A stretch of 64,000 nt of DNA from Oscillospiraceae bacterium. Its GTDB lineage: Bacteria > Bacillota > Clostridia > Oscillospirales > Ruminococcaceae. The stretch is from positions 16,787 to 80,786 of the forward strand of contig JAGOPP010000001.1 of NCBI GenBank assembly GCA_017991935.1. Direction: 5' to 3'. Both the position numbers and the translations under genes were made by a program. The notes below the pieces were generated by a model. It was not told where the DNA came from. It did not search any database and saw only the letters and a list, made by a program, of their open reading frames with translations. Position 1 is the first letter of the stretch. The number at the start of each line of letters is the position of its first letter. Positions 51,262 to 61,528 of this stretch are shown one piece after another.

Positions 51262-52170
51262 CTAATTTTCCGTGGACACCGTGATCGTTTTTCCATCCGT
51301 ACGCATGACGATCGCGCCGTCGAGATCGGTGCGGTAGACTTCCACGCCCATGCGCTCCAAAAGATCCGTCGTCTCTTGGTGCGGGTGGCCGTAGTCGTTG
51401 CCCGCGCCGCAGAGAATGGCCGCGTATTCCGGCGAGACCACCTCCATAAAGTCCTCGCCGCTCGAGGTCGAGCTGCCGTGGTGGCCAACCTTGAGCACGT
51501 CGGAATCGAGCTCCGCCCCGGTGCTCAACATGTCGTCCTCCGCCTTCTTCTCCGCGTCGCCCGTAAACAAAAAGCTCACGCCGCCGCAGACGAGCCGCGT
51601 CACGACCGACCAGTTGTTGTAGTCGTCGCCGTAGTCTCCGGCGGGGCCGAGCACGGTGAGCACGCAGCCCGCGCCGAGCGGATATTCCTGCCCGGGATCG
51701 GCGAGCGTGACGGCGCAGCCCTCCTCGTCGGCGGCGATCAAGAGCTTTTCCCAGCCCCGCGTGGTGGGCTGGTATTCGTCCGGGATGTCCGGCATCAGGA
51801 ATTCCTTCACCTCAAAATTCCGAAAGACGTCCGCCATCCCGCCGATGTGATCCGCGTGCGGGTGGGTGGCGATGATCAGATCGATCGTATGGACGCCCCG
51901 CTCCTTCAGATATTCGACGATGGAATCGCCCCGGTCCGAGGTGCCGGCGTCGATCAGCACGGCCTTCTCCCCGGTCAGGATCAGCGTGCAGTCCGATTGC
52001 CCGGTGTCGAGAAAATGCACCTCGGCGTTCCCTTCTCCGGCGGGCCCCGCCGTCTGCTGCGCGGGCCCAAAGAGGCGGATGCCCGGCAGGCGGCCGTCCA
52101 ATGCGGCAAAGATCAGGGAGGCGAGGATAAAAAGAATGACGACGACGGTGCGCAGGGTACGTTTTTTCAT
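51262..52170 (-). CDS. membrane-anchored MBL-fold hydrolase (ComEC C-terminal-domain-like)
   Basis: N-terminal TM anchor, HPHADHIGG metal motif, and later HHGS. Confidence 0.85.
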   Translation of the reverse strand: MKKRTLRTVVVILFILASLIFAALDGRLPGIRLFGPAQQTAGPAGEGNAEVHFLDTGQSDCTLILTGEKAVLIDAGTSDRGDSIVEYLKERGVHTIDLIIATHPHADHIGGMADVFRNFEVKEFLMPDIPDEYQPTTRGWEKLLIAADEEGCAVTLADPGQEYPLGAGCVLTVLGPAGDYGDDYNNWSVVTRLVCGGVSFLFTGDAEKKAEDDMLSTGAELDSDVLKVGHHGSSTSSGEDFMEVVSPEYAAILCGAGNDYGHPHQETTDLLERMGVEVYRTDLDGAIVMRTDGKTITVSTEN

Positions 52171-52171
52171 A

Positions 52172-52672
52172 TCATCCCTCCTGTGAATTTGGGTAGAGGT
52201 TCACCATTTCGAGCCCCTGTGCGAGCGCGCGCCGCCAGCAGTGGGCCGTGCCGCCCGAGAGGCCGTTGTACCAGCCGATAATGCGCCGCGAATGCTCCAC
52301 CATATAGACGTTGCGGCGGCGGAAGCAGGCCTCGCTGTATGTTTTGGAGAGGTAGCTGACGACGTCCGCCTGAGCGAGGATCCGCGCCCTGCGCCCGTCG
52401 GGGCCGGAGGAGGACTCAAAGCCCAAATACGGCACGGCGGCGATCAGGTAAATGCCGAGCGCCTCCCGGCGACGGAGAACCTCCTCGGCGGCGAAGAGGT
52501 CGAAACCGTCGGCCATGCCGGTATAAAAATAGCGGTAGCCGTCGGCCGCGGCCCGCTCGACGGCGGCGCCGATCGCCTCTTTGAGCGAGAGAATTTCGGG
52601 GGAGGACTCCCTCCCTCCGTCCGGGAGCCTCTCGGGGCGCGGGCCGGTGAAACAGCAGCTCTCCTCTCTCAC
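52172..52672 (-). CDS. DUF1273/SLOG-family protein (YpsA-like)
   Basis: CCFTGPRPERL..., GMADGFDLFAAEEVL and RRNVYMVEHS follow the YpsA/DUF1273 layout. Confidence 0.7.
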   Translation of the reverse strand: MREESCCFTGPRPERLPDGGRESSPEILSLKEAIGAAVERAAADGYRYFYTGMADGFDLFAAEEVLRRREALGIYLIAAVPYLGFESSSGPDGRRARILAQADVVSYLSKTYSEACFRRRNVYMVEHSRRIIGWYNGLSGGTAHCWRRALAQGLEMVNLYPNSQEG

Positions 52673-53430
52673 CGCAGGCCCGCCTCCTCGAGGCAGCGAA
52701 AGACGCCGTATAGAATCCCGTAGATGACCGGCTGGTGCACGAGGTAAATAAACAAGGTGTTGCCGCCGACGGCGCAGAGGAAGCCGGAGTGTTTCCGCAT
52801 CATGAAGGCGGGGAGCCTGCGGTCCTTAAAATATTTGCCGACGGCCGCGCCCGTCAGAAAGAGCGGGAACCACGGCAGCAGCGGGAAATAATCCGCGGAG
52901 GAATAATCCGCCGGCGGGAAGCCGAGGACGGCGGTGAAATCGTTCCGGTAAAGCCCCGCCGGGAGCGTCACGGTTCCAAACAGGACGGTCCCTTCCGGGA
53001 TCTCGCGCAGGCAGAGGAAAAGCCCAAAAAACAGGAGCACGCCGAGCACGGGGTGCAAAGCCTCGACCGCCCTGCGCAGCAGCGGGTAGAGCAGCATCGA
53101 CACGCCGAGGAAGTGCAATACGCCGAACCGGATCAGCTGGTCCGGCATAAAAAGCATGGTGCCGAACGTCATGAGCATGCCGGCGCCCAGCACCACGAGC
53201 CCGCGTTTCAAGTTGCTGTGCGAGAGCCGGCAGGAGACGCCGGAGATCAGGATGAACGACCAGCAGACGAACTGCTGCAGCCAAGAGAACGGGGGCTCGA
53301 ACGGCGACGGCCCGACGCCGAAGATCACAAACAGATCATAAACCGTGTGGTAGACCACCATCCCCAGCAGCGCGACGCCGCGGAATTCGTCAAGGAACCG
53401 GATGCGCCCGGAGGGGCGGCTCTTCGTCAT
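52669..53430 (-). CDS. DUF1624-family membrane acyltransferase-like protein
   Basis: RIRFLDEFRGVALLGMVVYHTVYDL is the DUF1624 (heparan-alpha-glucosaminide N-acetyltransferase-like) N-terminal signature. Multiple TM segments. ATG at 53430 follows GGAGG. Confidence 0.75.
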   Translation of the reverse strand: MTKSRPSGRIRFLDEFRGVALLGMVVYHTVYDLFVIFGVGPSPFEPPFSWLQQFVCWSFILISGVSCRLSHSNLKRGLVVLGAGMLMTFGTMLFMPDQLIRFGVLHFLGVSMLLYPLLRRAVEALHPVLGVLLFFGLFLCLREIPEGTVLFGTVTLPAGLYRNDFTAVLGFPPADYSSADYFPLLPWFPLFLTGAAVGKYFKDRRLPAFMMRKHSGFLCAVGGNTLFIYLVHQPVIYGILYGVFRCLEEAGLR

Positions 53431-53600
53431 AGGATCGCCTCCTTTTTCAAGGATAATTATAGCATGCGGCCCGTTTCTTTGCATCCGTTTTTGAAATTCT
53501 TGTAAATCTTCCGCGTTTTGCTTGTGCACGCGCGTGATTTTTGCTACAATATCCTTTGTGCAAGCGATTTTCCAAGCGCGCAAGGAAAGGAATTTGTCTT

Positions 53601-55154
53601 ATGTCAGAAGAACTAAAAGGATGGAGCCGCCCCGAGGAAAAATTCCCGGAGGCCGAGCTCGAGGATTCCTTTGCCGAATATTTTGCCGAGGACAACGCCC
53701 CGGCGCCCGGAAAGAAACAGAGACGCCGCGCCGCCGAGCCCGAGCCGGATCTACTGGTCGAGACCCCGTCCGAGGACGACCCCGGCTTTGTGATCGAGGG
53801 CCTCGCCGCCATAGAGCCAAACGCCGCCGCCCCGGAGAACGGGGAGACGGACGCCGCCGCGCCCGAATCCGCCGGGGAGGACCCCCCCGCGGCGGAGGAG
53901 CCGTCCGGCCCGCCGGAGGATCCCGCCGCCGAGCCCGAAGAACCGCGGGAACCCGCGGAGCCCGAGGCGGCAAACGCGCCGGAGCAGCCGGACATGGCGG
54001 CTTTCGCGGAGAGCCCGGAATGCGTGCCCTCCGAGGAGGAGCGCCTGCCGGAGGAGCCGTTCGCGGAGGAGGAGCCCGCGCCGGAGGAATTCGGGCAAAC
54101 GGACGCCGCCGTAAAAGCGGATGCCGCGGCGGCGGACATGGCCGCGGCGGACGAGGCCGCGAAACCGGATACGGCCGTCGTGACGGAATCCTCCGCCAAG
54201 GCGGACGCGGTTTCGGAAAAGCGCGCCGCGAAGTCCAAAACCTACGAGATTCTCAAAATGACGCGGAATCTGCTCTGGAACCGCCGCAAGCACCGCTGGG
54301 CGGCCCCGGTGGGGCTCGCCGTGATCGTGCTCGCCGTGATCGGCTTCATCTCCGTGATCCTCGGCGGTTTTAGGCTCGGGGGACGGGTCATCGACAACAC
54401 CAAAGAAAAAGAGATGTTCGCTTGGAAGATCTACCCGCTGATGATCTTCGATCCGGCCGCCTTCGACGACCCAAATCAGCTCGACGGCGTGTTCCTGCTC
54501 AAGACCGCTCTCTGGAAGACGCTGCTTGAGAACCGCATGAAGTATTCCTATAACGACGACGGCATGCTGGTGGTCCCGGTCTCCGACCTCAACGTCGCGG
54601 CGAAGAGCCTCTACGGCGACACGGTCAAGCTGAATCACCAGACCTTCTCCGAGGGCTACGAATATTATTATATTTATGACGAGAGCGTCAGCGCCTACCT
54701 TGTGCCGGTCATGGGCCAGACCGCGGAGTACGCGCCGGAGGTGGTGAAGATCTCCCGCACCGAGGGCACCTACACGCTGCTGGTCGGCTACGCCACGCCG
54801 AGCACGCTCTGGAACATGGACACGGAGGGCAACTTGGGCGAGACCGCGCCGACAAAATATATGTATTACGATCTGAAAAAACTCGGCCGGGACAGCTATA
54901 TCATCACGGCGGTCCGCGAGGTGCCCGCCGACGAGGTGCCGGAGGACGCGAATTCCGGCGCGCAGCAGCAGCTCAACGAGACCCGCTACGGCGAGATCCT
55001 CGGGAATTACAACGCCTCCGCCAACTACACCTCCGTGGTGGAAAAATACCTGAGCGGCGAATCCGAGGCGGAATCGGCCGCGGCGGAGGAGTCCGCCGTC
55101 TCCGCCGGGGAGGAGTCCTCGACAGAGGAAACAGAGGAAGAAAGCGTCAAATAA
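53601..55154 (+). CDS. hypothetical membrane protein with long acidic disordered N-terminus
   Basis: ~215 aa of E/P/A/D-rich low-complexity sequence, one TM helix (VGLAVIVLAVIGFISVILGGF), and a ~260-aa extracytoplasmic domain with no recognised family. Confidence 0.65.
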   Translation: MSEELKGWSRPEEKFPEAELEDSFAEYFAEDNAPAPGKKQRRRAAEPEPDLLVETPSEDDPGFVIEGLAAIEPNAAAPENGETDAAAPESAGEDPPAAEEPSGPPEDPAAEPEEPREPAEPEAANAPEQPDMAAFAESPECVPSEEERLPEEPFAEEEPAPEEFGQTDAAVKADAAAADMAAADEAAKPDTAVVTESSAKADAVSEKRAAKSKTYEILKMTRNLLWNRRKHRWAAPVGLAVIVLAVIGFISVILGGFRLGGRVIDNTKEKEMFAWKIYPLMIFDPAAFDDPNQLDGVFLLKTALWKTLLENRMKYSYNDDGMLVVPVSDLNVAAKSLYGDTVKLNHQTFSEGYEYYYIYDESVSAYLVPVMGQTAEYAPEVVKISRTEGTYTLLVGYATPSTLWNMDTEGNLGETAPTKYMYYDLKKLGRDSYIITAVREVPADEVPEDANSGAQQQLNETRYGEILGNYNASANYTSVVEKYLSGESEAESAAAEESAVSAGEESSTEETEEESVK

Positions 55155-55378
55155 AAAGAAAAAAACGATCGCCGCTGCCGGAAGAAGGAACTTCTTCCGG
55201 CAGCATTTTTCTGCCCTGCCGAAACATGGGAGAGCAGCCTTTATTTGGAAGAACGGGGTAGCCGATTCGGCATGAGAAAGCCTTGCCGCCGAAAAAAGGA
55301 AATGCTACCATATTTCCGACGGGAGGAACGGAGAGCTTCCGCCGCGAAACATCAAGCGAACAACGGAGGAAAACACCT

Positions 55379-56410
55379 ATGAAAAAACTTCTTGCGGCAA
55401 TGATGGCGCTGGCGCTGTTCCTGACGGCGTCGGTGCCCGCGACGGCCGAAGACATCGTTGAACTTGACAGCATTGGTTTTGACGAAACCTTGGAATATGA
55501 GATCACCCCGGAGGAGGTCGCGACGCTCTCCGCGGAGGCCGGCATGGCGGGGAAAACTTTTACGACCGGCGAGCTTCAGTTTAAAGTCGTGCTCGGCTCC
55601 GCCTATGCGGAAGTGAAACAGAAGACCTACACCGACGGAGCCGGGAAGAAGGGCGTCCGCGTCACGGTGGAGCCGAATCCCGATTACGGCACGAAGGACT
55701 TTGAGGTCCGCTTCCGCTGGAACTTCATCCGCGCGGAGGGCAGCACGATCTATAAGACGGAGCCGGTCACCTGCTCCGTCACCATCGCCCGCAAAACGCC
55801 CGCGGAGGACCTCTTTAAGGAGTACGCCGGCGAGGAGGACGTCCTGATGCTCGATTCCGGCATCGACGTCATCACGGAGGACAACTTCGACGAGGCCGCG
55901 GGCAAGGCCCTCTCCTTCGGCGACGACGGCGAGACTTGGTGCCTCTCCATCAAAAAAGTCAGCTCCTCCCAGCAGGGGATCAACGTCTCCTTCGACACCG
56001 ACGCGGATGAGGACGCGCTGGAGCTCTTCGACACCGAGGACGTGCAGGCGCTGAACTTCCTCTCCGACAAAGCCGTGATCGCGTCGAAGGGCACGCTCTA
56101 TGTGTATCTCGACAGCGAGGCCCTCGGCACCGCGGACGTCGACGATACGTACTACCTCTACACATGGAACGGCAAGACGCTGACGGCCATCGGCAGCGGC
56201 GAGCCGGAGGACACGGACAACGGCATCGCGTTCGCCTTCCCGATCGGCGCAGGCGAGGCGCTCGGCTCCTACTACATCTCGGCGGAAAAAGCCACCTCCT
56301 CCGTCCCGAAGACGGACGCCCCCTCCGGGAGCGAAAGCGGCAACACCTCCACCGGAACAAAGCCGGTGAACGAGGAAAACCCGGACACCGGGCTCCCGCT
56401 TTTTTTCTGA
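55379..56410 (+). CDS. secreted hypothetical protein
   Basis: Signal peptide MKKLLAAMMALALFLTASVPATA. GGAGGAAAA RBS. Terminator immediately downstream. Confidence 0.65.
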   Translation: MKKLLAAMMALALFLTASVPATAEDIVELDSIGFDETLEYEITPEEVATLSAEAGMAGKTFTTGELQFKVVLGSAYAEVKQKTYTDGAGKKGVRVTVEPNPDYGTKDFEVRFRWNFIRAEGSTIYKTEPVTCSVTIARKTPAEDLFKEYAGEEDVLMLDSGIDVITEDNFDEAAGKALSFGDDGETWCLSIKKVSSSQQGINVSFDTDADEDALELFDTEDVQALNFLSDKAVIASKGTLYVYLDSEALGTADVDDTYYLYTWNGKTLTAIGSGEPEDTDNGIAFAFPIGAGEALGSYYISAEKATSSVPKTDAPSGSESGNTSTGTKPVNEENPDTGLPLFF

Positions 56411-56426
56411 AAACGGCGCGTCAAAA

Positions 56427-56458
56427 AGCCCCATGGATCTCCGCCATGGGGCTTTTTT
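56427..56458 (+). terminator. rho-independent terminator
   Basis: Stem aagccccatgg/ccatggggctt followed by a T-run. Confidence 0.85.
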
Positions 56459-56552
56459 GCGCGCCGGAGGGACGGCTATGTAAAAATATGGGCGTCCGTG
56501 GACTTTTTTGGACAAAACGACGCACGAATTCCCCGTTTCCGCGCGCCCACAG

Positions 56553-56581
56553 TTGAAAAACAAAAGCCTCGATGGTATAAT
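56553..56581 (+). promoter_or_regulatory. sigma-A promoter with extended -10, upstream of recJ
   Basis: TTGAAA, 17-nt spacer, TATAAT, with TGG immediately 5' of the -10 box. Confidence 0.65.
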
Positions 56582-56628
56582 CTATTTTGATTTGATTTTA
56601 GATGGAACTGGATGCCGGAGGTATTTGG

Positions 56629-58674
56629 ATGAAAAAATGGAAATCCCTGCCCGCGAACGAGGGCAAGGCGAAGAGAATCTGCGAAGAACTCGGCATCCCG
56701 GAGCTGGTCGGCGAAATTCTGGTGTCGAGGGGCGTGGATACCCCAGCCAAAGTGAAGGAATTTCTCAGCGAGGAGCTGCCCTTCTCCGATCCTTTTTCCT
56801 ATCAAGATATGAAGAAAGCCGTGGAGCGGATCAACGACGCCGTCGACGAGGGCCAGCGCGTCTGCGTCTACGGCGATTACGACTGCGACGGCATGACCGC
56901 CACGGTCCTGCTCTACGATTACCTCCAGTCCGTCGGCTGCAACGTCTGGTATTATATCCCCGACCGCGAGTCCGAGGGCTACGGCCTCAATAAGGGCGCC
57001 ATCGACTACATCGCCGCGCAGGAGACCGACCTCATCGTCACGGTGGACAACGGCATCTCCGCGATCAACGAGATCGATTACGCGAGCTACCTCGGCGTCG
57101 ACGTCGTCGTGACCGACCACCATCAGCCGCGCGAGATCCTGCCGGACGCCGTCGCCGTGGTCGACCCGCACCGGGAGGACAGCGAGGGCGAATACCGCGA
57201 TCTCGCGGGCGTCGGCGTCGCGTTCAAGCTGGTCTGCGCCTTGGAGAACGACGACGGCTGGGGCATCATCGACCAATACGCGGATCTCATTTGCATCGGC
57301 ACCGTGGCGGACATCGTCCCGCTGACCGAGGAGAACCGCGCGCTGGTCCGTCAGGGCCTCTCCGCCATCAGCGAGACGGGCAACCTTGGCCTGCGCGCGC
57401 TGATCGAGAGCGCCGGGCTCTCCGGCAAGCTGATGACTTCGGAGAATATCGCCTACGGCATCGCGCCGAGGCTCAATTCCGCGGCGAGGCTCGGCAGCGC
57501 CTACGAAGTGATCGAGCTGCTCACCACCGAGGACGAGGACCGGGCCGCACAGCTCGCCGAGACGCTCTGCAAGCAGAACAGCGAGCGCCAGCTTCTGGAG
57601 CAGCAGATCTCCGGCGACGTGGAAAAGATGTTTACCGAGCGCCCGGAGCTTTTCCGGGACCGGGTGGTCGTGCTCGACGGCGGCGGCTGGCACCACGGCG
57701 TCATCGGCATCGTGTGCTCAAAAGTGGTCGAGCGCACCGGGAAACCCTGCGTGCTCATTTCGAGGGACGGCGAGGAGGCCAGAGGCTCCGCCCGCAGCGT
57801 GGAGGGCTTCTCCATGATCGACGCGGTTTCCTACGCCTCGGACTGCCTGATCCATTACGGCGGGCACCCCTTCGCCGCGGGCATGTCGCTCGAATCCGCG
57901 AAGATCGACGCCTTCCGCCGCAAGATCAACGAATTCGCGGCCAAAAATTTCGCGATGATGCCGGTCTTCACGCTGAAGATCGACAAGATCCTCGACCCCG
58001 CGGATCTCACGGTGGAAAAGCTCTCCGCGCTTAGGATGCTCGAGCCGTTCGGCTGCAAAAACGAGATGCCGCTCTTCGCCTTCCGCAAGGTGATCCTTGA
58101 CGGCATCTATTCCATCGGCAACGGAAAGCACGTCCGCCTGCGCCTCAAAAAAGCCGGCCTCACTTTTTACGCGGTCTGGTTCGGCGTCCCGCAGGAGGAG
58201 TTCCCCTACCGCGTCGGGGAGACCGTGGACATCGCGGCCTCCTGCGAGGTCGGCGAATATAATGGGGAGGCGCGCGTCTCGGTGAAGATCCGGGATGTGC
58301 GGCCGTCCTCCCTCTCGCAAGAGAGGCTTTTCAGCGGAAACCTCGCCTACGACGGATTTCTGCGCGGCGAGCCGGTCGCGGAGGAGGATATCCCCGCCCG
58401 CCCGGATTTCGCGCTGGTCTACCGGTTTATCCGGGAGGACGGCGGCTTCCGCGGGGAGCCGGACATCCTGTTCGGCCGGATCACCGGCGCGAATAAGGAT
58501 ACCGCGATGAATTCGTGCAGGATGCGGCTGTGCATCGACGTGATGGAGGAGCTCGGCCTCGTCGGGAGTGTCTACGACGGCCGCCGCATCACGGTGACGC
58601 TAAAAACACCCGCCGAAAAGGTGGATATCGAGCGGTCCCAGCTTCTCGGGAGACTGCATAAGGGCAACATTTGA
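56629..58674 (+). CDS. recJ: single-stranded-DNA-specific exonuclease RecJ
   Basis: DHH motifs YGDYDCDGMT, TVDNGISA and VVTDHHQP, plus the DHHA1 GGH motif. ATG at 56629 follows GGAGG. Confidence 0.93.
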   Translation: MKKWKSLPANEGKAKRICEELGIPELVGEILVSRGVDTPAKVKEFLSEELPFSDPFSYQDMKKAVERINDAVDEGQRVCVYGDYDCDGMTATVLLYDYLQSVGCNVWYYIPDRESEGYGLNKGAIDYIAAQETDLIVTVDNGISAINEIDYASYLGVDVVVTDHHQPREILPDAVAVVDPHREDSEGEYRDLAGVGVAFKLVCALENDDGWGIIDQYADLICIGTVADIVPLTEENRALVRQGLSAISETGNLGLRALIESAGLSGKLMTSENIAYGIAPRLNSAARLGSAYEVIELLTTEDEDRAAQLAETLCKQNSERQLLEQQISGDVEKMFTERPELFRDRVVVLDGGGWHHGVIGIVCSKVVERTGKPCVLISRDGEEARGSARSVEGFSMIDAVSYASDCLIHYGGHPFAAGMSLESAKIDAFRRKINEFAAKNFAMMPVFTLKIDKILDPADLTVEKLSALRMLEPFGCKNEMPLFAFRKVILDGIYSIGNGKHVRLRLKKAGLTFYAVWFGVPQEEFPYRVGETVDIAASCEVGEYNGEARVSVKIRDVRPSSLSQERLFSGNLAYDGFLRGEPVAEEDIPARPDFALVYRFIREDGGFRGEPDILFGRITGANKDTAMNSCRMRLCIDVMEELGLVGSVYDGRRITVTLKTPAEKVDIERSQLLGRLHKGNI

Positions 58675-58696
58675 GAAGCGGAGAGGAGGCGGCGAC

Positions 58697-60865
58697 ATGA
58701 GCGAATATTTGCAAAAACTGATCGACGCCATACAGGAAAACGGCAAGCCGCTCGACATGGACAAAATCGAGCGCGCGTACAACCTTGCGGAGCGCGCCCA
58801 CGCCGGGCAGACGCGCGCCTCCGGCGAGCCTTACATCACCCATCCGGTCGAGGCGGCGATCATCACCGCGAAGCTCGGCATGGATACGGATACCGTCGTC
58901 ACGGCGCTGCTGCACGACGTCGTGGAGGACACGGACGTCCCGCTCGATAAGATCCGCAAGGAATTCGGCCCCGAGGTCACCCTGATGGTGGACGGGGTGA
59001 CGAAACTCGGCCAGATCTCCTATGTCTCGCGGGAGGAGCAGCAGGCGGAGAACGTGCGCAAGATGCTCCTCGCGATGGTGCAGGACGTGCGCGTCATCAT
59101 CGTCAAGCTGGCGGACCGCCTGCACAACATGCGCACCATCGACTTCATGCCGCCGGAGAAGCAGCGCAGCAAGGCGCACGAGACGATGGAGATCTACGCG
59201 CCGCTCGCGCACCGCCTCGGCATCCGCCCGCTGATGGAGGAGCTGGAGGACCGCTGCATCCGCGTGCTGGACCCGGTGGGCTACAACGACATCGAGCACC
59301 GCATGGAGCTGGAAAAAGAGGACCGCATCCGCTTTCTCGGCAGCTTAAAAGACCGCATCGGCGAGCGCCTCAAAAAGGAGAATCAGCCGGCCTATATCGA
59401 CGGCCGCATCAAATCCATCTACGGCATCTACCGCAAGGTCTACGTGCAGGGCCGCTCGATGGAGGAAATTTTCGATATTTACGCGGTCCGCGTGATCGTG
59501 GAGTCCGTCTACGAGTGCTACAACGTCCTCGGCATCGTGCACGACATGTTCAACCCCATCCCGGATCGGTTCAAGGATTATATCTCCACCCCGAAACAGA
59601 ATATGTACCAGTCCCTGCACACCACCTGCATCGACAAGGAGGGCATCCCCTTCGAGATCCAGATCCGCACATGGGACATGCACCACACCGCGGAATACGG
59701 CATCGCGGCGCACTGGAAATATAAGGCCGGCATCTCCGGCAAAGATAACATGGAGGAACGCCTCTCGTGGGTGCGCCAGCTTCTGGAGCAGCAGCAGGAA
59801 TCCGACGACGCCTCGGAGCTTGTGGAGTCCATCAAGAGCGACATCGCACCGGACGAAGTCTTTGTGTTTACGCCGGGCGGCGACGTCATCCAGCTCCCGG
59901 CCGGCTCGACGATCGTCGATTTCGCCTACGCCATCCACACGGCCGTCGGCAACCGCATGACCGGCGCGAAGATCAACGGCCGCATCGTCTCGCTGGACAC
60001 CGAGGTCAAAACCGGCATCATCGTGGAGATCATCACGACGAACGCCCCGGGGCACGGCCCGAGCCGCGACTGGATCGGCATGGCGAAGACCGCCGGCGCG
60101 CGCAGCAAGATCCGCGCTTGGTTTAAAAAAGAGCGGCGCGACGAGAACATCGTCGAGGGCAAGGAGACGGTCTGGAAGGAGTTCCGCCGCAACCTCATCA
60201 TTTTGGAGGAGCCGCAGTACGGCGAGTTTATCGAGGACGTCGCGAAGCGCCAGCACTGCAACTCGACCGAGGATTTTTACGCCTCCGTCGGTTACGGCGG
60301 CATCAACCTGTCAAAGCTCCTGCCGTGGGCGAAGGACGAATTCATCCGCCGCTACCGCGCGTCGCCCGAGGCGGCGCTGCCGGTGCCGGAGCCGCCGAAG
60401 CGGAAGATCAAAAGCAGCAGCGGCGTCATCATCGAGGGGCTGGAGGGCTGCCTCGTCAAATTCGCGCGCTGCTGCAACCCGCTGCCCGGCGACGACATCG
60501 TCGGGTACGTCACCCGGGGCACCGGCGTGTCGATCCATAAGTCGAGCTGCCGCACCGCCGCGAGCGGCATGGAGATCAAAGATCAAAGGGGCCGCTGGGT
60601 GCATGCCGCGTGGTCGAACGACGTCAAGGAGACCTATCAGTCCGACATCGTGATGAACTGCCAAAACCGCTCGGGGCTGGTGGCGGACGTCAGCATCACG
60701 CTGACGAATCTCCACGCGCCGATCCACGCGCTGAGCGCGAAGGAGACCTCCGGCGGCATGGCGGAGGTTCGCCTGACCACCGAGAGCGGCGGCGTCGACC
60801 ATCTCAAGGGAATTTTGGACGCCCTGCGCCGCATCCGCGGCGTGGAGACGGTCCAGAGGGTATGA
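58697..60865 (+). CDS. relA: bifunctional (p)ppGpp synthetase/hydrolase RelA/SpoT (Rel)
   Basis: HD hydrolase domain (HPVEAA...LHDVVEDT), synthetase block YRSLHT-like (YQSLHTT), then TGS and ACT domains. Confidence 0.95.
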   Translation: MSEYLQKLIDAIQENGKPLDMDKIERAYNLAERAHAGQTRASGEPYITHPVEAAIITAKLGMDTDTVVTALLHDVVEDTDVPLDKIRKEFGPEVTLMVDGVTKLGQISYVSREEQQAENVRKMLLAMVQDVRVIIVKLADRLHNMRTIDFMPPEKQRSKAHETMEIYAPLAHRLGIRPLMEELEDRCIRVLDPVGYNDIEHRMELEKEDRIRFLGSLKDRIGERLKKENQPAYIDGRIKSIYGIYRKVYVQGRSMEEIFDIYAVRVIVESVYECYNVLGIVHDMFNPIPDRFKDYISTPKQNMYQSLHTTCIDKEGIPFEIQIRTWDMHHTAEYGIAAHWKYKAGISGKDNMEERLSWVRQLLEQQQESDDASELVESIKSDIAPDEVFVFTPGGDVIQLPAGSTIVDFAYAIHTAVGNRMTGAKINGRIVSLDTEVKTGIIVEIITTNAPGHGPSRDWIGMAKTAGARSKIRAWFKKERRDENIVEGKETVWKEFRRNLIILEEPQYGEFIEDVAKRQHCNSTEDFYASVGYGGINLSKLLPWAKDEFIRRYRASPEAALPVPEPPKRKIKSSSGVIIEGLEGCLVKFARCCNPLPGDDIVGYVTRGTGVSIHKSSCRTAASGMEIKDQRGRWVHAAWSNDVKETYQSDIVMNCQNRSGLVADVSITLTNLHAPIHALSAKETSGGMAEVRLTTESGGVDHLKGILDALRRIRGVETVQRV

Positions 60866-61046
60866 CAACAGGTTCGCGGCCTGTCGCGGATAAAAGAACA
60901 CTGTTATCGCCGGGCTTGTAGCCGAGAGGAACCACCAAAAAGCATACAGCCATGGGGCGCGGACGAAAGCGAAGGCCGGGCCGCGCGGCGGGAGAATATG
61001 ATCCAAAAGGACCCCTAAAACATGCGCCCCGAAAGGAGAGGATCCC

Positions 61047-61499
61047 GTGATCGCGCTGCTCCAAAGATGCAAAGAGGCCTCCGTCGAGTGCGGGGGCGAG
61101 ATCGTCTCGCGGATCGGAGAGGGTTACGCCGTCCTGCTCGGCGTCGCGAAGGGTGACACGGAGCGGGAGGCGGAGCTGCTCGCCAAAAAGGTCGCGGAGC
61201 TGCGCATCTTTGAGGACGAAAACGGCAAGATGAACCGCTCCATCCTCGAAACCGGGGGCGCCGCGCTGGTGGTGCCGAATTTCACGCTCTGCGCCGACTG
61301 CTCCCACGGGCGGCGGCCCTCGTTTTTTGACGCGATGCTCCCGCGGGAGGCGAGCGGGCTCTACGAATATTTCCTTAAAAAACTGCGATATTATGGGATC
61401 GGCGAGGTCCGGGGCGGCGTCTTTGGCGGCGACATGCAGGTGCGCATCCAAAACGACGGCCCGGTCACCATTTCCCTCGACACCGCCGATCTCCAGTGA
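61047..61499 (+). CDS. dtd: D-aminoacyl-tRNA deacylase
   Basis: GEGYAVLLGV, NFTL and the C-terminal NDGPVT motifs. GTG start after AGGAGAGGA. Confidence 0.92.
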   Translation: MIALLQRCKEASVECGGEIVSRIGEGYAVLLGVAKGDTEREAELLAKKVAELRIFEDENGKMNRSILETGGAALVVPNFTLCADCSHGRRPSFFDAMLPREASGLYEYFLKKLRYYGIGEVRGGVFGGDMQVRIQNDGPVTISLDTADLQ

Positions 61500-61528
61500 T
61501 AGAATTTGGTCTCAGGAGGCGATACCCT

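Noticed and set aside
53447-54238. 263-aa S/A/G-rich minus-strand ORF
   Set aside because: It is the antisense reading of the acidic E/P/A repeat region of the 53601..55154 gene. Its low complexity mirrors the sense strand.
56350-56410. C-terminal NPDTG in the secreted protein as a sortase (LPXTG-like) sorting signal
   Set aside because: Only five residues (LPLFF) follow the motif. There is no hydrophobic anchor or basic tail, and a terminator follows the stop, so it is not a functional cell-wall sorting signal as encoded.
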